Positions 24,635-38,469 of a DNA stretch of 64,000 nt are shown in pieces; position 1 is the first letter of the stretch, and every line of letters begins with the position of its first letter. The stretch covers positions 186,001 through 250,000 of the forward strand of contig CBFFRP010000149.1 in NCBI GenBank assembly GCA_965644295.1, written 5' to 3'. The notes below the pieces were generated by a model. It ran no database searches. It was not told where the DNA came from and worked only from the letters and a program-made list of their open reading frames with translations. The position numbers were made by a program, and so were the translations under genes. The DNA is from Paraphysomonas bandaiensis (Eukaryota; Protista; Chrysophyceae).

Positions 24635-25978
24635 TTATAAGTTATAAGCATACATAAACAGTTCGTCAGCTAACTCACAACACTTCTCTTCAAAATCATA
24701 CTCAATATTTTCCTCCTTGCTATAGTCCAAGTGACAATGAATTACATTCAGTAGCACTGCAGTCAAAGTAAAATTGTGAATGCACCCTAGATCACTTGAG
24801 ATATTCTTGCCCCCCTTACGGTGGGGGAAGAAACGGTCATGCATAGATTTATTAAATAAATCGGATACATTGAATATCACTTTGTAGTGGTCATACAAGG
24901 GCACAATGTGGGTGATTTGCGTGGAGTGGTGTTTCGTGAATGCATTGGACAATACATACTTCTTGCTAAATGCGCTATCCACATCCCAGTAACATACAAA
25001 TGTTTCTTTCGTTTCAGGGTTATGAACCCCCGCCCACTGCCCTGGAATAGTCACTTTATCCTTTACCGAGTCCACTAAATCCCCAAAATGTTCCCTTCTC
25101 ACTGCAGCCACGTAATTAACCCTGTCCTCATTGATTTTGGCAGCATCAGCCTTGCGAAGGTAATAGGAGTCAAAGGTAAGCACCGTTTCGGGAGATCCCT
25201 TGTCCTTTACTATTGCCGCCCACATCCTGACCACTGAGCTGGTGAGAATAGATGCCTCCTCGGCAGGATTGGTGTGGTGCAGCTTAAACCACGCCAGAAA
25301 AGGCAATCTATTGGACAGCATTACGCTCAACGGATAAAACCAGAGACCCATACGATCGGGCTTCGTCAGTAAAAGTCGCGAAGAGTGGGAATTGCCTGTA
25401 ACGTGCAACAATTTTTCGTCTCCAGCAACACTTTCACCGATGTGTTGGATCAAATTTAGCAACTCAGCGACCAAAAAATCTATCAATTCGGGTCTAAATA
25501 TGGCATTACTAATTAGTCTTGCTGCACGTGATATACCAAGCGTCTTCTCTACACCAGGAAGTGAATGAAAGTGATCCAATGCTTCAGAAATTGCTGTATG
25601 TAATGGACGTGGATCTTTAGTATTACTGTGAGGTACACGTTGTCTTCCTTGTATTCTAATTTGAACAGCAAGGCACATATACACTAAACGTATAGTAGGA
25701 TTTAATGCTTTGTTTCTAGATGGACAAAGTAGTAATCCCGCATGAGGTATCACATCAATCATTCTCTGTATAAGAGATGATGGAATAATCCGTATAAATA
25801 TAGATAATAATGATTGATTTCCATGTAAGTTCCATATGACATGAACAGGATTATATACAGGAGCTGTCCATCTCATCTGATCGTGATGTTTGTCAAGATG
25901 AATGAAACCATGTGGTATCTTTTTTTCAATACGAGGAATTTTATAATTATGTTTTTCAGTGTTATATTCATTTAATGA
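24635..25978 (-). CDS. piggyBac-like DDD transposase (PGBD/DDE_Tnp_1_7-like), long intact ORF
   Basis: AGDEKLLHVTG, KPDRMGLW, LTFDSYY and LYDHYK..NVSDLFN match the piggyBac D-D-D motifs. The frame stays open upstream of the ORF-track ATG to an AG at about 25979. No clear CCC/GGG TIRs with TTAA seen. Confidence 0.78.
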   Translation of the reverse strand, partial: SLNEYNTEKHNYKIPRIEKKIPHGFIHLDKHHDQMRWTAPVYNPVHVIWNLHGNQSLLSIFIRIIPSSLIQRMIDVIPHAGLLLCPSRNKALNPTIRLVYMCLAVQIRIQGRQRVPHSNTKDPRPLHTAISEALDHFHSLPGVEKTLGISRAARLISNAIFRPELIDFLVAELLNLIQHIGESVAGDEKLLHVTGNSHSSRLLLTKPDRMGLWFYPLSVMLSNRLPFLAWFKLHHTNPAEEASILTSSVVRMWAAIVKDKGSPETVLTFDSYYLRKADAAKINEDRVNYVAAVRREHFGDLVDSVKDKVTIPGQWAGVHNPETKETFVCYWDVDSAFSKKYVLSNAFTKHHSTQITHIVPLYDHYKVIFNVSDLFNKSMHDRFFPHRKGGKNISSDLGCIHNFTLTAVLLNVIHCHLDYSKEENIEYDFEEKCCELADELFMYAYNL

Positions 25979-26519
25979 TCTGTATGTGTATATATGTATA
26001 TATGAGATCTTAATAGAGTTATATACATATACAGATACACATATATATCAGTACATGTATAGAAGTACATATATATTAGTACATAATCTCATATACTATA
26101 ATTCACTTACTTTCTAATCTCTGGCATATTGACTTCTATCTTCAGTATCTTCTGGAAGAATAACTTTATGAAATCATATGCATAGCTAGCTATTAACACT
26201 CTGCTGGCTGTGTGGAGTAGTGCGGTATGCTGCATATTGCAGATTTCTTGAATAGGTGTACTTTTCATATCGTAGTAGGGTACATGTCGTGCAGTACATT
26301 GTAGTGTTGGACACATATACTGTGCTCTGTTCTTGCGTACTACTGCACTGCCACTCTTGTGCTACAATACAGCAGTACATCCCCCACAATAACTAGTGCA
26401 GTACATGTCGATAGGTACCTACCATTGCAGTACACCCAACTGTCAATGCATCAAAGCACATCATCGTCCCTCATTCATTACTTCTACCATTACACACCCA
26501 GTTACATACAAATAAACAG

Positions 26520-27071
26520 ATGATCCGCCACACCTATCATATAAAACATCTCCATAGAATGAGAGTATCTTCTCGAAGCATTTCTATTAAGAGATATCAC
26601 ATATCAGGCAACGGAAACGGTCCCAAAACAAGTTTATACATAAATAACAGTTTAAATCCTGTTATTACTGATTTACCAAAGAGTATGGGAGGAGAAAACA
26701 CTGGACCACAGCCTGTAGAATTGTTATTGGCATCATTGTGTGGATGTGAGCAAGCAACAGCGCAGTTTGTTGCAAGAAATATGAGACCTCGTGTTGTTAT
26801 CGATAGAATAGAGTATGATATTAGAGCTGAAAGAGATCAGCGAGGTGCATTGACACTTCCAATTGGAAATAACACTGGTATCGTGCCTTCCCGACTCAGT
26901 CGTATATGGGGAACAGCGAAGGTGTTCACCTCAGCCTCACAAGATGTTGTCAACACTATTGCAGCGGAAGTGAAGATGCGCTGTCCAATTGCAAACATGG
27001 TAGTTTTGTCTGGATGTAAATTAGAAATTGAATTTATTAAATGTGAGGAAGGTATAAGCAAAAATAAGTGA
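26520..27071 (+). CDS. OsmC/Ohr-family protein with a basic N-terminal extension (possible mitochondrial presequence)
   Basis: TDLPKSMGGENTGPQPVELLLASLCGC ... EVKMRCPIANM (two conserved Cys); no introns. Confidence 0.88.
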   Translation: MIRHTYHIKHLHRMRVSSRSISIKRYHISGNGNGPKTSLYINNSLNPVITDLPKSMGGENTGPQPVELLLASLCGCEQATAQFVARNMRPRVVIDRIEYDIRAERDQRGALTLPIGNNTGIVPSRLSRIWGTAKVFTSASQDVVNTIAAEVKMRCPIANMVVLSGCKLEIEFIKCEEGISKNK

Positions 27072-27267
27072 ATAAGAATTCATGTATATAAGTGAACTAC
27101 AGATATATGTACCTACATGGCATTTGGATGTATCGAAGCTCGTGATGTTTATTGCACCTTCTCTACTTCTCTACATCAGAATGAGGTGTTGTCGGACTAG
27201 TTCTATTATATAATACAGATTCATTGGTCGCAATGCTGGAGATAGTTTGTTTAGAGATTCATCTTCT

Positions 27268-27503
27268 CTAGTCCTCGAGTTGTCGATGTTCTGATTTAAG
27301 TTCCCGTTCTGCAGCTAGTAGTTCTTGTGCATTTGATGGCAACGGAGCTTCCTTATTCTTTCTACTGTTCCCCATGACATATTTGAATTTCTGAATCACT
27401 TTCTCCGCATACTTTGATTGATCTAGTTTGAACCAGACTGTTCCTCTCGTGATTCGGATATTGAGGAAACTCTGGCACTCTCCCATATCCCTCATTTCAA
27501 ACG
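27268..27503 (-). mobile_element. Copia RT fragment in inverted orientation
   Basis: FEMRDMGECQSFLNIRITR...LDQSKYAEKV...NKEAPLPSNAQELL; near-identical to the + strand copy at 27965-28115 plus 29426 onward. Confidence 0.85.
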
Positions 27504-27689
27504 TTATTTATCTAAATTCGCATAACAGAATGCCGAGCTCACATCCACCTGGTGTAAATGCAAAATTTACTGATGAACACGAAGTGCAGGGTCATGTTCA
27601 TGAACCAAACAGCCAGACGAATAGAGGGGAAAGCTTACCAGCAGCTAGATGTGAGCTCGGCATTCTGTTACGCGAATTTAGATAAATAA
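27504..27689. mobile_element. About 186-bp MITE with about 42-bp TIRs (family B)
   Basis: ttatttatctaaattcgcataacagaatgccgagctcacatc ... gatgtgagctcggcattctgttacgcgaatttagataaataa (one mismatch). Confidence 0.85.
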
Positions 27690-28115
27690 TGTGTACATGT
27701 ACCCACCTCCAGATGAGGAGCTCAGCGATGGATGGTGCTTCCAGTTGATAAAAGCATTATGCGGATTACGGTCGTCACCACGTCAATGGAATCGCCACAT
27801 ATTTATCAAATCAATGAAATTCAAAGCATGCATTCTTGATACTTGTCTTTATTATCGTCGGGATCATGAAAACTCACATTATTACTGTTGTATGTGGACG
27901 ATATCATAATCGCATCTGTGGACCTTGAGATTCTGATATTCGTCAAGGACAAATTCTGTCAGACATTCGAAATGAGGGATATGGGAGAGTGCGAGAGTTT
28001 CCTTAATATCCGAATCACATGAGGCGAAAACTGGTTCAAGCTAGACCAATCACAGTATGCGGAGAAAGTGATTAAGAAGTTTAAATATGTCATGGGGAAT
28101 AGTAGCAAGAATAAG

Positions 28116-29417
28116 CAGGGATAGGGAAAAATATATTTCAATACTATTGTTAGATAGCGTTCCATCAATAGTATTGATGGAGTTTCTTAACCGGCCCTAC
28201 AATACTATTGCAATATAGTGCAATATATTAGTATGACTAATTAGTAAGTAAATACATCCGTAGTTTTTAGTACTTGTCATTATAAGGTCTAAGGTCACTT
28301 GATAATCAAACCCACTACTCTTAACTAATCGAAAGTTTCCTCATACTCATCCTCTGAGCCATCATCGGTGACGTCATCATCACCATATTCATTCAATACT
28401 AATTGAAATATGCTTTCATCCGGCCACAACTGTCGGTTATCTTTCAGAAACAACAGCATATTAAGTGTAGTAGGATGCATACGTTTGCGCAACACTAATA
28501 TAATCAGTTTTGCTGCGCTGAACAGGCGTTCACATGTATTGGTATTGGTAGTACATACTACCTGACTCGTGCACCTGTACTTAGATATTTCAATTTCCCG
28601 TTTCTTAAATTTTTGATCTGATTGAAGAATTTTTTCCGCATAGCCGACTTTAGCTTTTCGTCATCCTCTGTATTGTTGCAATAATCACTGTCTGAACGGA
28701 GGTTTATATACATGGACTTATATTGTTTACCCTACAGTTCCCTCAACAAAGTCGGACTCGCACCTTTTCGTGGTGTTCTGGGGGATAAATACCGGAGAGA
28801 TTCTCTCTGGGAAACTAACGTGAGCCGCAAACTTAGACAGCAGATATTGTTCTGCCCACACATAGCCGAATGCTTGTGTGGTACAAGGGACACCAATAAG
28901 TGTCACTTGTGTAGACGTCTTTGGGCCCTGACGAATAAACAGGCATCCGGAAATGGGCCCACCTGAAGGGTAACCGGGGTATTGGGCTGCCTGCTAAAGT
29001 CAAGCATCCGGGATGTTCACCTTAAGAACTCAGAACGGAAGTGGTTGCACCTTGGTGCTTGCGGCGACGCACAAGCAGCTTCTGTAGCGCTAAATAGTAG
29101 GATAAAAGAGTTTGTACTGGTTAGTTACTGGTAGAGGTCTAACTAGGTTGACTAGCATTCATCTAGCTACTAAATCGGTGCAGGCTTTCAACGCCTATTG
29201 CTAAATAAAAGACTTTCACTAGACTACCCTACAGTTAAGAAACTTGCTGTATATATATGACTATCATAATATTGATTGCAAAATATTGTGAGCTACTATA
29301 ACAGAAACAATATTGATAGAATATTTGACCAGCCCACCAATCAATATATTTTACAATACATTGCAAATAATATATTGTACAATGTATTGCAATACAATAT
29401 ATTGTTCCCTATCTCTG
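28116..29417 (-). mobile_element. Non-autonomous hAT DNA transposon with TIRs and 8-bp TSD
   Basis: TIRs cagggatagggaaaaatatatt / aatatattgttccctatctctg. TSD agaataag / ataataag (7/8). Minus-strand hAT dimerisation-domain relic NTCERLFSAAKLII..RKRMHPTTLNMLLFLKDNRQLW at about 28420-28550. Removing the element restores the copia NSSKNK|EASLP frame. Confidence 0.9.
28754..29120 (+). repeat. Interspersed repeat family C, longest copy, nested inside the hAT element
   Basis: Shares gcaccttttcgtggt, aactaacgtgagcc, tgcttgt..gtacaagg, cttgtgtagacg and aagtggttgc...caagcagct with 47403-47598, and its 3' part with 54921-54999. Confidence 0.7.
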
Positions 29418-30196
29418 ATAATAAGGAAGCTTCATTGCCATCGAATACACAAGAACTACTAGAGTTGAAGAACGGGAACTTAAATCAGAACACAAGGACT
29501 GGGTCTCAAAGTTTCCGTACCGTAGTATTACTGGGGCAATCCTGAATCTCGCACTACATACAAGCATACAAGACCAGATCTCGCCTATGCCATTGGACTA
29601 CTATCGAGATACAGTAGTAAGCCTACGTATGCATCTTGTCGATTAGCAACTCATTTATTGAAATACTTGAGAGGAACGACGAATAAAGGGATCAAATTCA
29701 GTGGAACTAAGTTTGATTTACATGTGTTCAGTGATGCGGATTGGGCAGGTGATATACTCACGAGACGTTCGACTACGGGATATATGATATATTGTATTCT
29801 TATGTGCTAGAGCTATTGCACGGCAGTCGAAATTAGAAACCACGGCTGCTGCATCCGCATGGGCATGGAGTTCGAATAGTATATGCTGCAATGCAAGAAT
29901 CGGGGGGTGCTCCGCGAACTAGGACTATCTTAGAGAACCATACGTATTCCAACATAAAAAAGCATATACTAATATCTAGATTCAAAGGAATACAGGCTCA
30001 TAAAAGACTGGTCGGCTAATACCTCATATAGCGGCTAGTATTAATTACCAAATTCTGCTAATAGATCCTAACCCATATGGATAGCACGTTGCACTAGCAC
30101 GACTGTTGACGCGTAACCATACCGTGGACACTCGCATAAAGAAAATCACCATTCTTCAGCTGCTTCGACCAACACTTCATTCAAGTTGTACACAAA

Positions 30197-31977
<1,781 letters not shown>

Positions 31978-32050
31978 TTTTAATGTTAATTTAGTTAATT
32001 ATATAGTGATTATGTTAGTTAATGCAGGTATATTATGGTATAGTGTGTTG

Positions 32051-32196
32051 ATTGGCGGTCAGCATCTTCTTTTTCGGAAATAAATTGAAGTAAATATACG
32101 CTACATTATTGATATACAACTACGGCTGAAATACAGATAATTGTTGTCTCAATATTAGAGGCATCTTGGAACAAAAATATATAAAGGATGCCGATA
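32051..32196 (-). mobile_element. MITE family A, copy 5
   Basis: Reverse complement of the family core ending ggatgccgata; about 75 bp upstream of the aminotransferase ATG. Confidence 0.8.
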
Positions 32197-32699
32197 CCCA
32201 TTGTATGTATGTTCTATGGAAATATACAGATGCTGGAGTCCATACATCCCGTTTAATTTAGAACAGATTACGTTAATATCTTTTACGGGTGTTATGTTTT
32301 TTTTGGGTATAATTAAACGGGTTGTTTGGAGATTTAGTGAGAGGGTTGAAAGAAAATGTTGGAATCGAAACATCCCGTTCGATTAGTATACACGGATTGT
32401 ATGGAGTTTTAGCGAGAAATTTTCAGTTCATTTTCGTCGCTTCAAGATACTATATGTACCCTCTCACACTTCATCTTTCAATCTACCATTTCCTACATAT
32501 ATATGTATACGCCATATGGATCTCCTCCCCTCTCACCATATAATAAATACACGTATATAAAAGAAGCCATCATATCATTATACTGAACTGTATAGTACAT
32601 ACATAAGCATCTAATCATCACCTCTTCATAGGTACATTACTTACTATTGCAAGTATCCTGACCATTATTAGATAGTTTACTATAGTAAATCAATTAACA

Positions 32700-34022
32700 A
32701 TGGCAAGTAAAGGTAAGTTAATGATGGAGATTATAATGATGTGAGTGATTATATACAGGGTCTTCTCGTACAGGCAGTAAAGATGATGGAAAAAGTTTAA
32801 AACAAACTAGAAGACGTCTATCTGTAATGAGTGATAATAAACTAATTGAGGGGATGGATTCTGTTAATTTAGATGGGAAAGAAACTGAGGTAACGTCTAT
32901 TACACTGCACTGCATATATACATATGCAAATCTACGTATGCATACATATGCACATATACATATACGTAATAAATCTATTCTAATATCTTATACTAATATA
33001 TTTGATAGACTGTTGCTGCTGCCGCTCCTTCGAGTGGAGGTTTTATTGTTAATTCATACGGTGGATACTCCAAGAAAGGTTACGCACCTTATAACCCCAA
33101 GAAGAAGAACCAGGATGCACTTATAATGGCTGAAGATCCCAAAACTAGAAGTTTACTGTTGTGTGTACTTGATGGTCACGGCGAGGATGGTGATAAAGTT
33201 GCACAGTCTATAAAAGGAAAGCTCGCAAATTATCTTTTCAAGCACAGAGAATTTGCGACAAATGTTAGAAATGCTATAACAGATGTGGTAGCGAAGATCG
33301 AGGGAGAAGTACTGCGCGGTATGTGTTACTATTTTAGAGTTTTATTTCTTATATTTTCGTTTCAGATATGTCTATTGAAACCGATTTCTCCGGCACTACT
33401 TTCACTTGCTGCCTCATTCGTGGAAATACTTGTATTTGTGCAAATATTGGAGACTCTCGCAGTACTATTGGATATCGTAATGATTCCGGAGGGATAACAG
33501 CCGTTGCACTCACCGAGGACCACAAGCCTGACCTTCCCGCTGAAAAGGTGCGTAAGTATAAATTGTGCAAAGTATGTATTGTCATCATAGAGTCTATAGG
33601 CCCGCATAGAGGCGAAAGGTGGACGTGTTTTTGCAGTGGAATATGATGACGGAGTGGACGGACCTCCTCGTGTCTGGCTGGGTCATATGGACGTGCCTGG
33701 TCTTGCCATGAGCCGATCCCTCTGCGACGCTGTTGCACACTCTGCTGGTGTGTCATCTGAGCCGGAGTTTGTCGAATATGAGTTTAGCCAAGGACGCGAG
33801 GACTTGATTCTTGTTCTTGCGTCAGATGGACTATGGGAGTTCATGAGCGACCAAGAAGTGATGGACATCGCAGTCAACACCACTGAGCCGAGGTACGCTG
33901 TAGATAAGCTCATTAGTGAAGCCAATGAGCGATGGATGCGCGAGGAACAGGTCATTGATGATACTACTGTATGCGTGGCGTTTCTTGGTAACTTTATGGC
34001 CAATGGGGGTGACTCCAAGTAA
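32700..34022 (+). CDS. Protein phosphatase 2C (PPM family); 5 exons
   Basis: ATG at 32700. KKNQDA, VLDGHG, ANIGDSR, LTEDHKPD, GLAMSRSL, LASDGLW, IDDTT. Confidence 0.94.
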
Positions 34023-34624
34023 AATTTCCCGTCTAATTCGACCCGTGACACGGATGCATCTAGATAGTGGATCAATCGCAGTGATATAATGTCATGTGTG
34101 CGATATGGTATGATAGGAAACAAGCTGCCAAACAGCGCTAATCATATATATCAATAATAATAGACTAGCACTGTTCACACACAGTCTAAATTGTGATCAT
34201 GACATTCGAATCACTGCAACTGAACTAATTGTATCAATCATCCTTCAATTTGTATTCAATATTTTTTGGCTCGGGTGATAGAATTTCGCAGTGTTCTGAT
34301 CAGGGCAACAACTAAATGTCAAATAATTGGCTCCGGTTGCAGTCAATTATAATTCCAATTTTTCTTGTCGTCCCTAATAATTGACACTAAACTACGAACG
34401 TATATAGCAATACATTAACATAGCTTGCTCAGTAGTGCGTTGTCTCATTCCAGAGGAGTTAAAATATTATGCTAATATTACTATTGACAAGCTCCTGTAA
34501 CTTTATGAAAGATAAATATTTTCAGAAATCGACAAACAGAACATTTTAGTAAGTAAAATTACCTTTACCTGTACAAAACCTAGATTTAATGTGGCCTAAT
34601 TAGACTAAATACATATGCACTACA

Positions 34625-35164
34625 CTATAAATTATGATCATTATCGTCATCAGATACTTCAGAAGTGCTGGGTTGTTCTGAATCGCTTTCAGCAGGACTA
34701 TACTTTTTCTTCGCCCGTCTAAAGAGAGCGTGAAATCTTCACAGAAAAGTATATATATATACGAACCTTGCGGCTTTCTGCTTTCGTCGCTTCAATTTAT
34801 CATGTCTTTTCCCCAGTCTACTGTCTTTGCCATTCTGCATGTGGTCAATTTTATCACGTAGAATTCTTCTTGCAATTTTACGGTTAACTGATAATTCTCT
34901 ATCATACTTTAAGATTAAAAACTATATAAATACTTAGTCATATTACCTTTGTTCTTGACATATTACTTTGATCCCAGTTGGTATGTGTGTTAACTGTACA
35001 CAACTAGATCGCTTGTTTACACTCTGTCCACCAGGACCAGAGCCCTTTACAAACTTTTCAATTAAGTCTTTTTCATCGATTACTATTGAAAACATTCGAT
35101 TAGGTAAGTTCCATGTATAACTTGGCTTCCATAACTTGCTCAGGGTCGATATATATGCAAACAT
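34625..35164 (-). CDS. MTRFR: Mitochondrial translation release factor in rescue (C12orf65-like); 3 exons
   Basis: [37 protein letters not shown]|[13 protein letters not shown], followed by a basic C-terminal tail. Confidence 0.88.
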
Positions 35165-35795
35165 ATGCAACAATATGCCGTATTGATAAACTCGTATTAC
35201 AGATAACTAGAATGCATGCAATAGACCTATCTTACATCTATTGCATGTAGATGTATTCCTGTAGACTTTAATGATATACAATAATGCACAGTTGTTGAAT
35301 ATGGCTAGAACCACCTGAATGTTTGTTGTTAATATGACTCGTACTGCATTGTAATGATGGTTACTTGAATATTTCCATATATTAACTGTTTGGGATATTA
35401 AAACCACAGATATATACATAAATATGCTATTTTAGGATGTTGAAAATTGGAAATATGTAATTTCCTAGTTCTGGTTGGTGAATTTACCCGGACACGGACG
35501 AAATACGGATCTATACTACCAGTGGAGTGTGAGAGGTGATCGAAGCCACTGATAGACCCCACTGCTGTATACAGATGCTGTAGTCAGACACCATCCGCAC
35601 AGTAATGTATGTATGTATGTCTACATATACACACATACATACACCATCCGCACATTAACATTCATAACATACACATATATATATATATATATAACACTGA
35701 ATAGTCATATATATAATTCATTGACTATAAATATCAGAGTTAATAAACTGGATTAAAATAATAGTTATTCAGTCTATATTTAACTAGTAAAAGAT

Positions 35796-36513
35796 ATGAA
35801 TTTCTTAACTAGAAGCCGTTGTATGAAACTTAAAGAGTTATGCTCATATCGTTCATTATGCAGTGCTGTATCTGATACAAGTGCTCAAACAACTGGAAGA
35901 ATGAAGCACAGAGTACCAAAGAAAAGGTAAATTAATTTAATAATAAATTCTATATGTTTTTTTAATAGTAGTTTAATAGAGCATCTAAGCTACATCTACA
36001 ACTAAAGCTTGAAGCATTTGAGAAGCTAAAGAATGGTCGTCAATGGCCTGAAATAAAAGCAGGAGATGCTGTTGAAATTAAAGTATGAGATGTTATGTTG
36101 AAGGAAACCTGTTGTTTACATTTGTATTGCAGAGACTGGACTACATGACTGCGACCGAAGCGGATACCATTAGAGGAGTTGTGATCGCGGTGACTAGCAG
36201 ATTCAGTGATTCAGCTATATCTATTCTTAACGTATGTAAATTACATTATTTTTTTTGTTAACCATGTGACATTTTCCGTGCAGTATGAGTACGGCACGCC
36301 TTTCTTCAGGCGCATAGTTTTGTATAACCCTCTGGTTCAAGATGTCAAGGTAATATTTGTCGAGCTTTATTGCAGGATGTGTCGTCATGATTTTCCGTTT
36401 CTGTGTAGATCCTACAGAGAGCATTCATCCACGATGGCAAGAAGAGAGTGCGGAGATCGAAATTATACTACTTACAAGACCGTGACCCGAAGCACTATAC
36501 TGTTAAATATTAG
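35796..36513 (+). CDS. MRPL19: Ribosomal protein bL19 (mitochondrial); 5 exons
   Basis: Spliced: presequence-like N-terminus, WPEIKAGDAVEIK, IRGVVIAV, LYNPLVQDVK|ILQR, KRVRRSKLYYLQDRDP...Y*. Confidence 0.88.
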
Positions 36514-37216
36514 CTGTTATTTGCGCGGTGAGATCTTGAAGCATTGCTCTGTAGTATGAGACGGCGTTGCGAAAAACACATGCAGAAGTAAATATTAATT
36601 CTACAACGCTCATGACTTATATACGCTTAAAAATGCTATGCCCTTGTTTTATTGTTACAATCAGTCTTCCCGTATTATTGGGAATTGGGAAGCTAGCTTA
36701 AAATATACAATGCAGTATATAGTATATTATATATTATAGTGTACAGTAGTAGTTAGTTAATATTTTACCCTTTCTTACATGGTGTTCGTGTCACCCATTC
36801 CACGGTACTAATGCACTTCCATTGCGTAATATGTAACATACTATCATACATCAGAAGCAGCAAAATCTCTTGAGTTAACGTAAACTTATTTCATCCATTG
36901 GTAGAAGGGAAGAATAAAGATAATCTGCATTATTATGGACTTATTGTGTCCAATAGAATATTTCATTTGCAACCATTTTTAAGCTGGATAAGCACTTACG
37001 ATATATTGTCAAGTTTATTATTTCTCTATCTCTATACGTTCCGTTAATCCGTCAATAAGTTCTCTATTGCAGCAAAACTCAACAAGCATAGTTACCGACA
37101 TTAGACACTTCTTAATTAGAGATAATGGGGGTTTCAATATATTAGGCAAAACACAAGACCTCAATATTAGATATATATGTATACATTGAACTGGAACTCT
37201 CGCGAAACAATCTAAG

Positions 37217-37836
37217 TTAAAATCTTCCGCGTCCCCGTCCACCCCTAATTCCCACTCCCCGGAAAGCACCACCGGCCCGTCCTCCTCTTCCACCAGGACC
37301 ACCTCTTCCACCTCCTCTGCCCCCGCCACGGCCACCAGGAGCTCCTCTTCCACCTCCACGACCACCACCACGTCCACCTCCTCTGCCACCGCCACGACCA
37401 CCACCCGATTTCCCTTCATTTGTAAATCGTGTAATAGGTAGTAGTTTTTCCGTACCAATGAACACTTTATCATCCCTTTGGAATGATGATGCCAACACAC
37501 CACTGTCTGGTTTAATAGTAAAATATACTTTGTTAACAGGTCCAAAAACTTCTTCCACTTTGCCAATTTTAGATTTATTTTCGAGATATATTCCAGCATT
37601 GAAATATGGAATCATAGTGTTGGTTAGTCTGCAAACCATCTCCCCTTCAGCATCATGCAAAAAAACACCCGCCTCTGATATAGATATATATTATAAATGT
37701 ATATAGAATGATGTGTATAGTTACCGCATATTTCAGCTGGAGGACCTTCCTCGAATGACCCTCTGCCTCCTCCTCTACCACGTCCACCACCACGACCTGG
37801 TCCACCACCTCTTCCTCTACCACCTCTGAAACTCAT
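37217..37836 (-). CDS. GAR1: H/ACA snoRNP subunit GAR1; 2 exons
   Basis: RGG boxes at both ends; core EGPP..., [33 protein letters not shown]. Confidence 0.96.
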
Positions 37837-38040
37837 AGTATATATAGTGGGTATAATGTGTTGTATTGAGTGGTAGTGGTGGTATATATATGCATGTATA
37901 TATGACCAATTACATGCATGTCATTCTTATATATGCATACATACATACCCCTCTCTTCGTGGCCAATAAAAGGTTGCAGCCCTACCGCCATATATACACC
38001 ATAATACAATACACGAAGTGCTGGTGCTATTGTACGTACG

Positions 38041-38317
38041 TACATACATACATACAAACATACATACATACATACATACATACATACATACATACATACA
38101 TACATACATACATACATACATACATACATACATACATACATACATACATACATACATACATACATACATACATACATACATACATACATACATACATACA
38201 TACATACATACATACATACATACATACATACATACATACATACATACATACATACATACATACATACATACATACATACATACATACATACATACATACA
38301 TACATACATACATACAT
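38041..38317. repeat. (TACA)n microsatellite in the divergent GAR1 / sulfotransferase intergenic region
   Basis: Near-perfect tandem TACA. Confidence 0.99.
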
Positions 38318-38469
38318 GGTATACAGTGTATATCTGGATCTATTAACGGCAAGTGTATATATATGAACTCATCTCACTAACAAAACAATTCAAAACCAAA
38401 CAATCACAGCAACATTACCGCACACCATTTAGGTTGTGCATTCTATCAATCCCTATACACTCAAATACA

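Larger units (their letters stand above)
27690..29930 (+). mobile_element. Second degenerate Ty1/copia RT-RNase H remnant, interrupted by a hAT element
   Basis: VYMYPPP, KALCGLRSSPRQW, YVDDII and FEMRDMGE before the insert; EASLPSNTQELL, RPDLAYAIG and FSDADWAGD..RRSTTGY after it. Confidence 0.87.

Noticed and set aside
28925-28970. Hammerhead ribozyme (CTGACGA...GAAA) in repeat family C
   Set aside because: The sequence between the core motifs cannot form stem II, and no stem III with a cleavage triplet is evident.
34301-34376. Possible mini-hAT (cagggc...tcccta)
   Set aside because: Terminal match is weak and there is no 8-bp TSD.
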